The notes beneath the pieces are model-generated. The model was not told where the DNA came from. It did no database searches and worked only from the letters and a program-made list of their open reading frames with translations. Made by a program: the position numbers and the translations under genes. From Eledone cirrhosa (Eukaryota): 64,000 nt of DNA. The stretch covers positions 195,424,001-195,488,000 of the forward strand of contig OZ024743.1 in assembly GCA_964016885.1 (NCBI GenBank), read 5' to 3'. Below are positions 1-13,315 of the stretch, one piece after another. How positions within the stretch are numbered: the stretch's first letter is position 1; the number at the start of each line of letters is the position of its first letter.

Positions 1-903
1 AGAACATTCCTCATTCTAAGTGTTGTTATTGTTGGAGTTAGCTTAAAAATTGATAAAATGGTAGAAGGGATAAGGTGTTAAAGGAACAAAATAACAAAAA
101 AAGTGTCAAACTTCCCATTGTTCAGTTCTGAGAGCATTCCTCAGTCAGAATTATTTCTTCATATACATGAAATACCCCCCCCCCCACACACCACCACCAC
201 CACCACCATCGTAGTGGTGGTGGTGGTGTGGGGGGGGGGGGTATTTCATGTATATGAAGAAATATAAGGCAATAAATGAAGAAAACGGAAAATAAATAAA
301 TAATATAATAAAATAAAATAATTAATATAATTTGTGAAATTTGAAAATAAATAAATAAATAGAGAATAAAGAATAAAGAGTAAATGAGAGATTGGTGAAA
401 AAGTAATGATAATGTATATGGAGAAGTGAGAAATAATGTAGGATAAAGTGTGTGTGTGTGTGCTATAACCAATCTCATGGTCAGAATATGTTGGATAGAT
501 TGGTACGATACAAGATGTTAAGATGAGATATTCAATGTGTTTGTGTTATAATCTATCTCAACTTAAAATAAATATAAGGTGATACAGTGAAGAGGGCAGA
601 AAACAAATAACAAATTAATAAAGAGAAATCAAGATTTAAGATTGGAACTTGAAAGTCAGAAATCTGGTAAATTAAAAGTGTTTGTGTTATAATGTTGGCT
701 AAATTATTATGGCTGTGTCCGATTCTATCTCTAGGCTATCATGGTGTCTGCTCCGCCTGGGTTGTTCCCTGTGGCTTGAGGGGAGTTCACAACCTAGGGT
801 GTTGTTATTGCCCATATAGCTTGAGGGAGGTCTGGCCGAGAGGTGTTTTCATGTTCTGTAGAAGTCCCTATAGCTTGAGGGGAGTTCACATCTTCTTGTG
901 TTG

Positions 904-2044
904 CTACTGTCCATATATTTTGAGAAAGGTCCCGGCTCTAAGGTGTCTGCATGTCCCGAAGAAGTCGGTTCTGAGGTTTATCAGGCCGCTTCCACCTCTT
1001 AGTATCTCGAGGGTCTCGTTCAGGCATAGTTTGCATATACAAGATCCCCCTTTATCGGGTGGTACTTTCCTGATTATGTACCAGGCCAGAGAGTATGGGG
1101 TCCTGTCCAGCTTAAGCTTCCAGATCAGGTCGGAGAGAGCTGTGCTTTTCCTTTTGGCCTCCTTCTTGAATGAATGGCGATGGTTGTACCAGCGGTCCTT
1201 AATGCTCGTTGATGTGGCTCCTATGTAGAGGTGTTCGGAGTTGGGGGTTTTAACCCTACAACCGTACACTATGTTCTTCTTGAGACATTCATTACCAAGG
1301 GGGCATGATTCGGGGTTTCTGCAGTTGCAGAGGGTGGTCGGCCTCTGCGTGCCTAGATTAGGGTTCTCATTATGTGTTACATGTTGGTCTTCCCCCATAC
1401 TCGGTGGGGGGTCCTTGGGTCTGTTTGTGTTTCTTGGGTGGGCTCTGGGTCCCACCTTCCCTCCTTTCACATAGTTCTGCTGAGTGTTTGTATTGCCATC
1501 TTCTAGTTGTGTGTGGTTTTTAAGCCTACTTCTGTTGATGCTAGCTATGTGTTGGGCCAAATTTCTCGTGGTGGAATACGAAAGCTTCACAGTGTGTCTG
1601 TTGAAGATCCTGTGGAATCTGTGGTCCCTCGGGAAGCATTTGTCAAGTGCTCCAAAGAATAGTCGGGCCAAGCTTTTCTTTAGGGCCGCTGAGTAGGGTG
1701 GGTTGTACCACGTGATTTGTCGGTGTCTCCTCCTATACGTGTGGGTTGGGGGCTTCGTGATTTGTTGGAGATTTGTTGGGTTGCTGGTGGTTTCCGCACT
1801 GTTGCTTCCCTTTTGGGCTCTATACTTTTTGTTATCTTCGTGGCCCGGATTTGTGGGGTGGTTGTTGTCCGCCCCGGGAGATCCATCGTGGGGTGGTCGC
1901 CCGTTTCCTTGCCCCCACGTGTCCTGCGGTTAGGGTTGTCCGTCCTGGGGTAGTTAGCGTCACGCCTGAGACTGCTACTCATATTGTGCTCCATCTCGTG
2001 GTCAAGCGCACTAGTCCCCACCGGCCGTGTGGTGGTGTCTGGTA
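904..2044 (-). pseudogene. C-terminal part of Naiad PLE ORF (linker, CxC-x5-C-x5-C zinc finger, GIY-YIG endonuclease)
   Basis: ITWYNPPYS (in frame upstream of the ORF-track start), FPRDHRFHRIFNRHTVKLSYSTT, CNCRNPESCPLGNECLKKNIVY..YIGAT..RWYNH, CKLCLNE, CRH. Confidence 0.9.
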
Positions 2045-2691
2045 CAAATTATATTAATTATTTTATTTTATTATATTATTTATTTATTTTCCGTTTTCTT
2101 CATTTATTGCCTTATATTTCTTCATATACATGAAATACCCCCCCCCCCCCCCCCACACCACCACCACCACCACTACGATGGTGGCGGGTGGGATGAAGGA
2201 AAAAAAACACAAACTGGATACTTCTAAATTGTTAGCAGCAGCAAGATATAAGCTGACCACTACAACAACAACAGTACCAAAATAATGGTGGAGGTCAAAT
2301 GTACTGAACAATAGCAGGCAAAAACACTACAGGGAGCCTCACCCCAGAAAGAATTCTATAGACTTCTGACTGAGGAATGCTCTCAGAACTGAACAATGGG
2401 AAGTTTGACACTTTTTTGGTTATTTTGTTCCTTTAACACCTTGTCCCTTCTACCATTTTGTCAATTTTTAAGCTAACTCCAACAATAACAACACTTAGAA
2501 TGAGGAATGTTCTAATAACTGACCAATGAGAGGAGAAGGGGACCTGTGACACGAAAATTCGTTTGTTTGAATTCATATGACTCCAGTTCCCCAGTGAACT
2601 AACAACCCAACAAGGAACTGGGCATATCAGAGTATTGTCAATATCATACAAATAAACAACATATGTACTTGTCTATACCATACTAATTCAA

Positions 2692-2746
2692 ACTGCCTGA
2701 AGAGGTCACAGCCAAAGATGGCTGTCACTGAAATATATATAGCAGT
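2692..2746 (+). ncRNA. Minimal type I hammerhead ribozyme in PLE pLTR
   Basis: actgc-CTGAAGA-ggtcacagcc aaagat ggctgtcact-GAAA-tatata-TA-gcagt. Helix I actgc/gcagt, helix II acagcc/ggctgt, palindromic helix III. Confidence 0.85.
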
Positions 2747-2786
2747 AATAAACGAAGCTAAATTTTAATCATTTGACTTTTATTTA

Positions 2787-2935
<149 letters not shown>

Positions 2936-3030
2936 TGCCTGTTTTAGTTCATAAAATGTTTGTCTTTCTCAACATCAGTGTCAGGGGAATCATCGCTACG
3001 ATAAACAACAATTGTAACAACCCATTATTA

Positions 3031-3890
3031 TGGTGGATTGGCAGTATCGGTAGAGGGTCTAACACCATGCTTTGCAGCAAAGAGTTGCGGCCCTTTATGA
3101 TCTGAGTTCAAATATTGCCGAGGTTAACTTTGCCTTTCATTCTTACGGGGTCGATAAAATAACGGACCAGTAATACACTGGGATAATTGCTGACCTTGTG
3201 CCAAAGGTAGAAACAATTATTATTATTAGTATTATTTTAGGTTAGCTTTGCATTTCATCCTTACGGGGTCGCAAAATAGAGCACTAGTAATGTCCTGGGG
3301 TCAATTTAATCGACTTCCCCGCTCCCCAAATTGCTGGCCTTGTGCAGAAACCATTATTGGTAGGGTGGTGGATTGACAGTATCGGTAGAGCGTCGTACAC
3401 TCGACGGTACACCATGCTTTGCAGCATAGAGTTACGCCCCTTTATGATCTGAGTTCAAATCCCGCCGTGGTTAGCTTTGCCTTTCTTCCTTACGTGGTCG
3501 ATAAAATAATGCACCAATAATGCACTGGGTTCGATTTAATCGACTTTCCATTCCTCAACAATTGCTGGCCTTGTGCCTATATAAGGAACCATTATTATTG
3601 TTGAGGTTAACTTTGCCCTTCATCCTTACGGAGTCGATAAAATAAAGTACCAGTAATGCACTGGGTAATTGCTGGACTTGTGCCTAACGTTGAAACATTA
3701 TTATTGGTGACGTTATATAGGCAACGTCGGATAAGTTCTCAGTAATATTTGGTCTGACTCATTATGTTCTAAGTTCAAGTCCTGCCGTAATCAACTTTGC
3801 TTTTCATCATTTTGAGCTCGATGAAATAATGTTCCAGCCAAATACTGAGGTTGATATTATCCACTTGTCATTCCCTAAAATTGTTGGTTT
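3031..3890 (+). mobile_element. Tandem cluster of about 5 full or partial tRNA-derived SINEs (family A)
   Basis: A-box-like tggcagtatcgg, B-box gagttcaaatcc, conserved core tttgcctttcatccttacggggtcgataaa (resembles the Meta-SINE domain), and an (att)n tail. Confidence 0.85.
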
Positions 3891-4659
3891 TAGGCAGTCA
3901 GTATTTGCGTGAGTGTGCAGTTCCTAACAAGGCAGTACTTTGAAGTAGTGCAATTTGGAATTCAATATACCTTGTCAGTTTTAGGGGCATAGAAGCCAAA
4001 CTTCCTATATCCAATAGAGTCATGTTTACATAGTTAAATTAATTTGACAATATTTGGGAATTTTTAATCTTCAATTCTATATTTTCAAACGTGTATGTTT
4101 TGCACATATCTGGATTGTAGTCTCACATTTGGAGCTTTCTTTTGTCTCCATCAAATATTAAGCCCATTCATAAAATAGATGTTTTTCATTGCATTCTAAA
4201 TTCCTGGAAAATTACTTCGCTATTTTTAGCTATAGTGGAAAGTCTTAGAGTAAATCGCAGGACAATTTGACCTATTGATGCTACCGAGAAACAAGAGCCC
4301 TTAGGGATAATTTCGGTTTTCACAATTACACACTTTATGTACACAAATTGGTTGTTCACGTAAGCCGTAAGAGAATCGATAATATATCACTGCACAACAA
4401 TGATAGATTTAAGGTGACTAAAGAAAATAAACAATATATGATATTACTTTATGAATTCTGTAGTGTTCATTTTCACTTGTTATAACTTACAAATAAGATA
4501 GATATAGATATAAAAGATTTCATAATATTTTGTTTATATAATGAAATAATGCAGTCGTATTAAGTTACTTTTTCAGTAAACATCAGATTTATTGAAATAT
4601 TTGGTATGTATAATAGATCTACTGAATCAAGTGAAAGGAATTTAATCAGCGCCAAAACA

Positions 4660-4880
4660 TTCAAGGATTCTTTTGTGTTCCATGCGTTGAGCCTCCGTCG
4701 GTTCCGACAACGAATGTTGCAGTAGATTGTGTAACGGCCTGCTTATAAATTTAACGGGCAACTGGCTGAGCATTGCATTCACCGGTATCATTAATGTAGT
4801 TGTCAGAGAGGGTCAGCGGAGTACAATGTGTAACAAGGCTGGCTCTTTGAATTGAATACAGCTACAATGCAATTTTGCAG
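4660..4880 (-). mobile_element. Probable SINE family B body fragment
   Basis: GC-richer island (caactggctgagca...acaaggctggctctttgaatt) resembling an octopus SINE body as I recall it; not verified by search. Confidence 0.4.
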
Positions 4881-5829
4881 AAAAAAAAAACGGAACAAAA
4901 TAGTGATCTGCTCAAGAACACACGAACTTCCGATTTTCGCTGAAAACCTAACCACTAAACTACGCGTCTTTACTTCATGTCGTATATGATTAACAATTCG
5001 TGTTGTTTCAGTATTTACATCATATATTTCTATAAAGAAAATAGTGGTAAACGGGAGTTTTGTTTTTTTCAGAAACACGAATACTCAGAAAATATTCAAC
5101 TAAAACCCCATCACTACCAAGAACAAATATGTGACCCATTTGGCTCTCGGGGGCTATAAATACATTGTATTGAGCTATTGATTGGCCAGTTGGATTCATC
5201 TTTTCCCTTAGATATCGTGGGTAACTGATGTTTATGATGCATACACTGACGAATAAACTTTGTTTATGAAGTTACCAATATAAAATCACTAGTTGTGAAA
5301 CTGTTGATTAATTAACGTCGATGAAAATAATGTATTCATTAAACCTTTCATTTATAAGTGTGTGACATTACATTATGATAGAGTACGTATTTATTTTAAT
5401 CAGTCAAAGACATAAAATAAAATATAATTTAAAATGCTTTTGATTTGATTTTAGTGCTTAATTAATTAGTTTATAAAACAGTGAACACCACTTTACAACG
5501 CGCATTTGACCTCTATCAAACAGTTTGACCTTCAAAGATATTTGATCATTGACCATAAAATATGAATGATTATCAGCGCATTAAATCATTATTGTTTTTT
5601 TTTTTTTAATTCTGATTATATTTGTTTTTTAAATGCATATGAGAGACTTCCTGGTAACAGCTACCATGAAGTGCATGTTTCTAGTATATGCATAATTATG
5701 TAAAGTAGCATTGAATCGTGGGCTTGTATAATCGATTGTTTACTTCTTATTTAAGGGGACTGTAATTCTGGAAACGATGAATCATGTCAATTTCACTAAA
5801 TATTTGTATAATATTGAAGTCTGCCATAT

Positions 5830-6070
5830 CTGGCTCGTTAGGTCGGTGCTTATCCGGGTTTCATGGCGTGAAGCGACTGAGAGTACACTACTTCTCACTG
5901 GAGAGGACGCCAGTCCATCGCAAGTTTAAATCCTCTGCTACTGCTGGTCCTCATTTTCAGCTGAGTACACTGGAGTAAGGTGAAATGAAGTGTTCTGCTC
6001 AAGAACACAACACACAACCCCGCCTAGGAATCGAACCATGTACGCTCAACACCCAACTATGCACCTCCAC
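5830..6070 (-). mobile_element. SINE family B (CORE/V-like central domain)
   Basis: gtgaaatgaagtgttctgctcaagaacacaac plus an antisense B-box ggaatcgaacc. The same motif occurs at 7375, 24250 and 26710. Confidence 0.65.
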
Positions 6071-6162
6071 ATAATATTAAAGGGAATTTCAAATTTGTTG
6101 CCAAAGGTTCTTCCTTTTCTTATTTGAAATAGATATCTAATATCATTATTTTTATTGCCCTT

Positions 6163-6385
6163 AGGGCGTTGGATTAGCAGTATCGGTAGAGCGTCGGACA
6201 GACTTTGTTGAATAGTGTTACGCCCCTTTACGATCTGATTTCAAATCCTGTCGAGGTTAGGTTTACCTTTCATCCTTATGAGGTTGATCAAATAAAGTAC
6301 CAGTAATGTACTGGGGTAGATTTAATTGACAATCCTTCTCCCCAAATTGTTGGCCTTATGTCACAATCGGAAACCAATTTTATTA
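6163..6385 (+). mobile_element. SINE family A
   Basis: Full-length match to the 3362-3600 copy. Confidence 0.85.
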
Positions 6386-7245
6386 TTGTCTTGTTTCTGA
6401 GAACATCAGCATCTTGATTATTATTTATTTGCTATGTATGAGACACACAACATCATGGACATGATATTACATAAAGTAAGGCAAACTAGAATAGTGAGTA
6501 TTTCGGAGGTTTTAAGAAAATCCATTGTGTGAAGTAATTCGAAAGGTGGGAGCAATACACGTTCTTATAACAGAACACAATAAATATTGCTAAAATCCAT
6601 AAAGTGCCACGTTTTCAATCTATCCACGTTATGTTCCAAAGTTATTTCGTTGAATTCTCTCCTTGTACTAATTTAATTTTCCCATATCGTTTATCTGCAA
6701 TAAAAGAAACAAAAAGACTGTCCAAACCTAAATAACAGAAATGCATTTAAAATAATATTGATAGAAATAATTGTACAAAAACGTTGATTTAATACTGTGT
6801 TCAATTTACAGTTGTGTCACCATTTTGCCGACATTGGTTGTCTAAACGTGTAGCACTCTTAAACGCCATAGAAACTGAGACTTTTAAAATGAAGCAATGC
6901 AATAAACAATAACGAATCGGATTAAATAAACTCAGCTCAATCACTCATTTTTTAAATCCTAGATATTACATTAAGAACTCTCCTACATCAAAACGTGTGA
7001 AACATTTCGTATATATTTCATTTCATTTTATTTACGATATCCTCAAACACATATACACGCAACAATCTTCTCAAGGTGAGTTATTATGTTTGTCCTCTGT
7101 CTATTTTGATTTTCACTCCTTCCATTGAATGTTTTTCTACAAACCGATATCATTTTACCTTTTACAGTATACATAAAAGAACCACATATACACTTATATA
7201 TTCACTATACATAAGTACATATTCTCTTCTTATGTATATATATAT

Positions 7246-7283
<38 letters not shown>

Positions 7284-7374
7284 TATATATATATATATAT
7301 GCGTGTGGGTGTGTGTAAGTGTGTGTATATATATGTATATATATGTGTATATATATGGATCTATTAGCCGCAAC

Positions 7375-7494
7375 TCAAGATGGAAGGAGCAACGAGAAAT
7401 AAAGTGTCTTGCTCAAGGACATAACAGTCCAGGAATCGAACTCACAACCTCAAGATTGTGAATCCAATTCTCTAACCACTCAGCCACACTCCTT

Positions 7495-7497
<3 letters not shown>
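7375..7497 (-). mobile_element. SINE family B 5' fragment
   Basis: ggagcaacgagaaataaagtgtcttgctcaaggacataac...ggaatcgaactc. Confidence 0.65.
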
Positions 7498-7540
<43 letters not shown>

Positions 7541-7903
7541 TACACACACTCACACACACACACATACACACGGACACGCATATGTATATATATATATATA
7601 TATAACATATATATGTATATATATTTATATATGTATATATATTTATATATGTGAGAAAAACAACAGACCCTCCATCTCAACTCTACTTTTGAAAAGCAGA
7701 AAAACTGCGAAACCGGTAAAGGAACCAAATAAATATGTATATATTTTTTTTAATAAAACTCCAGTTCCATTTTCAATTTCATCTTTTTTTCTTTATACTT
7801 CCACTCGTGTAGGATACCTCGGTTATGTTTCATTTTGTAAAAAACCTCACTTTCTAATATATATTTGTATATATATATATTAAATAAGTAAGTATATATT
7901 GTT

Positions 7904-7959
<56 letters not shown>

Positions 7960-7960
7960 C

Positions 7961-8453
7961 ATATAAGTATGTATACGTACATACATATATGTATACAGAC
8001 GTACAGTAGTATGTATATATATATATATACATACATGCACACACATATATATATACGTATGGATTCACCGAATATTTATTATAATGCTCGATGTGTTTGT
8101 AAACAAACATCCCGAATTAAGCCGTAAAGTGTCTAGCAACCATCGTTGCTCATGTGTTCAACACTGACAAAGGAACGCTGTACTAGTTTCAAGCTTATTA
8201 GCTATCGTCAGCAACATATACCTTCCTGCCAGATGATTGAACGTCTGAAACTATATACTTTCCTCATGTATATTAACGGCTGTGCAGCGTAATTTGCATA
8301 TCGTACATATATATATATATGTGCATGTATGTATATATATATACATACTACTGTACGTCTGTATACATATATGTATGTACGTATACATACTTATATTTAA
8401 GTAACAGCCGTACTAAGATGGAGAAATGAAATTTCGTTTCATTTTTTCCGTTT
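7961..8453. mobile_element. Copy of the 420-bp HHR repeat family (minus arm 7961-8303, plus arm 8304-8453) within (TA)n
   Basis: Near-identical to the units at 55766-57289; internally inverted. Confidence 0.85.
8176..8216 (-). ncRNA. Minimal type I hammerhead ribozyme
   Basis: Reverse complement reads gttg-CTGACGA-tagct aata agctt-GAAA-ctag-TA-cagc. Confidence 0.85.
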
Positions 8454-8474
8454 ATGTATATATTCACACACACG

Positions 8475-8527
<53 letters not shown>

Positions 8528-8531
8528 ACAG

Positions 8532-8579
<48 letters not shown>

Positions 8580-8583
8580 ACAG

Positions 8584-8643
<60 letters not shown>

Positions 8644-8983
8644 ATATATATATATAAATATAAACATATACACACGTAGTTTCTGCGTTTCTTTATGCAT
8701 TAATATTTATATACCTCTTTGCTAATGATTGTTTGCTTACATTGAAGTTGCTTAATGAAGTTGTTCTTCAACACATTCTAACCAGAATATATTTCTTCTA
8801 CTTATGCTTCAGTATATACTTCTCGAATTTTCTTTATTAGCAATCTTAGAATCTCAAGAAAATAAGAACATTTTAGATTCGTTTCAAATTTCAAACTTAG
8901 TTGTTCACCTCTCAACACGAATATATAATTTATTTGAACATACACAAGACTTAACTATGTATATGTAGACACACACACACACA

Positions 8984-9059
<76 letters not shown>

Positions 9060-9594
9060 GTGTGTGCGCTGACTGGTTAATGATTGTGTTTATAATCTGG
9101 TATATGTTCGAGATACGTAAACTGTTAGCCGTTGAAGCTTCATGAGTTATAGCTCTTACTTACATGTTAACGACCAGTCAAACATGAATTGGGGAAACAA
9201 TTTTACAATATAAAATTAAGTTCAAAAGATCCGGCTCTTCGTTTGACGAGTAATAGTTTATGTATGTTACTCCCTCAATGATTCATAAAAAACAGTGACC
9301 TCCAAGGATGAAATACACATCATGCAGAAGGCAAGGCAGACATAACAGGTACATAAATATTATATAGTGAAAAGCCCTTTATAGTTTAAATATCCTTCAT
9401 AGTTTAAAACCGTCAGGTATTTAAAGTGATTTATACCCACTCTGTTCTGTCTTTATATTTCTATAACAAGATACAAACGCCCAGTGAACTGGTCGTTGTT
9501 TTGTTTTGCTGTAGTATTGAGTATACTCTTCCATTGTTTCATGGACAGATACCTCAGTTTCAATATTTTCTGTCCTTGTTCGTATACTATCCTA

Positions 9595-9783
9595 ATAATT
9601 ATTTCTACTTTTGGCACAAGGCCAGCAATTATCAAGTGCATTACTGGTACTTTATTTTATCGACCCCGTAAGGATGAAAGGCAAAGTTAACCTCGGCGGG
9701 ATTTGAACTCCCAATGGTAAGGACCGTAACTCTATGTGTCAAAGCATGGCGTCCGACCCTCTACCGATACTACCAATCCACCA
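9595..9783 (-). mobile_element. SINE family A
   Basis: Reverse-complement match to the family sequence. Confidence 0.85.
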
Positions 9784-9949
9784 ATGTTGTAATTTTCATA
9801 AAATAGGCAAGATGAATCAATTTTTTTTTCTGTTGAAGATTTTATACCAGTGCTTCAATAGCATTAACGATGTTAATACAAATTGAAGGTCAAAGCCTTA
9901 CACATGCGTAGAAAATATCGCCTGTCCAAATTTCCATGCACATTGAAGA

Positions 9950-11506
9950 TTTTCAGTTACACTGAGCAGTTTTGCAAATTATGATATCCTACACGTTCAG
10001 TTCTTGTAATGACCAGTTCAGAAGACGAAATGTAAGATATTGGAATGTTGTGAATGATATGCCTTTTTAGGTTGAGTTGTCATGAAATATGTTTTTATTT
10101 TTTTTTGTGACAATCACATCTAATATTCTCATCTCCTGAAACATTGTTTGGTTGCTACGTGATGACAGTAAACGTTCTCGTGTCAAGTCGTTTATGTTTA
10201 GATATTCGAGAGGCGGAACAAAACCTTTAAAACTTACAACCAGAAATTAATATTTGGATTGAAACAAATTTCACATCAATGTTCGTATTAAGTTGGGTAA
10301 TGAGCTCTAATTGCAGTTAATGTTGTTGATATTTGCTTCATACAATTTCAAAGTGTCTGCGAGAAATGATTCCGGATTCATTTCAGTGAAATTTGTGTTG
10401 TGAGCAGGCATCATATTGGGTTCAACTAGAGGTCAAAAACAGAACTGGAAGCTATCACCATGTGAGGCACCGTTTTGGCTACATAAGATTATTTGTTTCT
10501 GATTACTGAAACGTAAAGTATTGTACCAAGTTAGGGTAAGGCATTGGATGGCAGCTGCCTGTAATTGAGACTAACTGTAATGCGAATATAATCTACTTGT
10601 GCGTCATACTATCAAAGCTTTACGGCAAACCATCCACAGTAGAACCGCGTTCTTTCGGTTCATTAACTCTTGTTTTGTACAACTTTCATGATAGAGGTCC
10701 TTCTATACAGTTTCAGCTTCTTTAGTTCTTATGTTATTAATGGCATAATGAATTTGAAAATATTTGAAGCACCCACTATATATTTTATACATGATGTTTG
10801 ACAGACAAATGGGCGGTAATTTTCAGCTTATGCGGTTTTGCTAATTGTGAAACGAGAAGAGTAATGGCAGTTGATAATTAGTTCTGATATACGTATTTTG
10901 TTTTCTCCATCAGCTGTTGTACGTTTTCGATGGGATCTGGGATCGGGGATAGTGTGTTTGGCATTTTTTCTAGGACTATCCAATATTGTACTATCAACTT
11001 CTTTAACATGCTTGAAGTAGCAATGTCCTACATCTAAATAGAGTTTGCTTGTTGAATTTACATATTTTCCATATCGAGTTCTGGTAACTTTCATATTGAC
11101 CTTGTGACAAAGATTGATTTATATACTTTGAAGTTATGATAGACTTATTTCGGATTTCTAGCCACAAATATATTGAGCATTCACCGTTTGTAATATGAAG
11201 ATTTATATTTTCAACGTATAGTTGCGTTGTAAATGTTTGCTTCAGCTGATTCAGTTTAGTGTTTAATGTTTTAAAATATATCTCAAAACTGCTCTTCTAA
11301 TTTCTTTTTTATGCTTTCGATGTCTTGTGAATGAAAGTGTCTGTGTTATATTTCATCGATAGGAGCACAGTGTCTTTAGAGACACGCATGCGTAGTTCAA
11401 TTACAAACATGAATATTTGTCTTTCAAGGTCAAAATGACAGATTCGTAATGACGCTAAAAATCGCTCCTATCAAACCCATCTACGAAAATATAAAGGAGT
11501 GAAAAT
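9950..11506 (-). pseudogene. Degenerate SATB/Compass(dve)-like CUT-class homeobox pseudogene (ULD/CMP, CUTL, homeodomain)
   Basis: Three colinear motifs read across stops and frameshifts: HYESVILTLKD..DTVLLSMKYN..RN*KSSFEI (ULD-like), NQSLSQGQ/MKVTRTRYGKYVN..DVGHCYFKH (CUTL-like), HRKRTTADGENKIRISELIINCHYSSRFTI (homeodomain N-half). A pyrimidine tract and AG precede 11506. Confidence 0.5.
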
Positions 11507-11537
11507 CTACCAGAAAAAAACAAAACAAATATCAATA

Positions 11538-11688
11538 AATAATTGTTTCTATTTTTGGCACAAGGCCAGCAATTATTCCAGTGTATTACTGGTACTTTAT
11601 CGACCCCGTAAGGATGAAAGGCAAAGTTAACCTCGGCGGGATTTGAACCCAGAATGGAAAGGGCCGTAACTCTGTGCGTCAAAGCATA
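11538..11688 (-). mobile_element. SINE family A (partial)
   Basis: Reverse-complement match. Confidence 0.85.
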
Positions 11689-12139
11689 TAAGATTGTCTA
11701 AATCGGAGAAGCATATAAATGTAGTTTAACTTGTAACTATTCTCCAAATGGAGGAATGATGCAAGCTAAATAAACTAATACGAGACCATCTCGCTCACAT
11801 TATATTCGTAATAGCAGATTCTGGAATTAAGAAACAATATTAATTAGGCTAATCAATTAAGACAACCAACATTGTTTCTTCATCAGAGTGAAACTAACAA
11901 AGCGTATCACTCGCATCATAGCCCTTTATTTTCGAGATGCTATATACCTATTACAAAAATATAATTTGGTCCTTGATATGAAATATTCATCTTTCTCATT
12001 GAACTAGATACACCATGCTGCTTCGATAATAAGGTCTGTATCGCCTGGTTTTCTAGTAACTGTTAAATATAACTTTCTCCTTGCAAAGACCCCTCTGATG
12101 AAGACATTTTCTTCCAATATTAGTTGCCATTATTTATCT

Positions 12140-12245
12140 CGCCGAGGTTAAATTTGCCTTTCATCCATACGGGGTCGATAAAATAAAGTACCAGTAATGT
12201 ACTGTAAATTGCTGGCCTTGTGCCAAAAGTAGAAACAATTATTTA
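12140..12245 (+). mobile_element. SINE family A 3' half
   Basis: Core motif plus tail. Confidence 0.8.
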
Positions 12246-13315
12246 TTAGGATAATTGATAGTGCTTCTGACATCCAGAAACTGCTGATAGGGATATGATA
12301 AGAACAGAATTCTCTTATATTAGTTAGTTTGGCTTGAATTTCTCCCCTCTTTTTTAGATTTTGTCATAATTTAAACTGTGTTTATATTCTCCTCTGATCT
12401 AGACATATTTAGCTGTCGTGTTCATTGTGATGTCCCGTAAATTAATGACAACATTTTTTCTTTTTTCATTTTCTCTGTTCGTATATGTATGTATATAAAG
12501 CTAAATTAATATGTGTGCTTTTGGTAACATGTGTTTTGTGTTACATATTGTGGGAAAAGTACATCGACATTTCACTCAGAGGTCAGAAAAGGGAATTCAA
12601 CCTGATTAGATGCAGCATTGTTACTTCGTTATAAGACATGGTGTAAGAAAAGAAGCATTAGATGCCGTAAGAAAAATAACATAAAATGTTTCTTTTGGAA
12701 ATTATGTTATCTTTTGAAATCTGAAATATTTTCAGTAACGCTTATAATGTTTAAATATTTGCTTCCATTTATATATTAATTTGTTATAACTCGTCTGGCT
12801 TATTTTCACCATCATCATTCCATGACACTTGTGAAGAGGAAAGTACCAGATTGAATCCGCAATCGGATACCGACATCCCATGGGGATGTGTGTTATTTCA
12901 GCAATCAAATGTCTGTGTTAAAGCTGTCATTGGCCTTTGTTATTTGACTGACACAAAGACCAACAAGTTTTCTTCTACACATTCTCTAAAAACTGCTTAT
13001 CATATAGAAATCTTGTCGTCATCAATGCATTGTTTATAGTGCCAAATTGTGGAAATCTATTTCTGACACTTCATTGAACGGAGACAATTTCATAAATGTC
13101 AGCATATTTTTTCCGTCAGAAATACAACCAGAATAGAATACATTCAAATATAAGATATGTAGAGTATTTCACTGTAACTACAAATAGTAATTTTCATGCG
13201 ATATATTCCGATTCTGCCACTTGACGAATATTACTGTCTTGTTAAAGAAGTCATTCAGCGCAGAACATTATATATATATATATTGGAAAATGTGTGAGAT
13301 CCTTGGTACAGTTAG

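Noticed and set aside
692-2057. Plus-strand ORFs over the first PLE
   Set aside because: Antisense shadows of GC-rich PLE coding sequence
3031-3125. tRNA genes at the SINE heads
   Set aside because: A and B boxes are present but there is no intact cloverleaf, and a SINE body always follows
12780-13260. Cys-containing coding-like stretch
   Set aside because: No recognisable domain and stops in all frames
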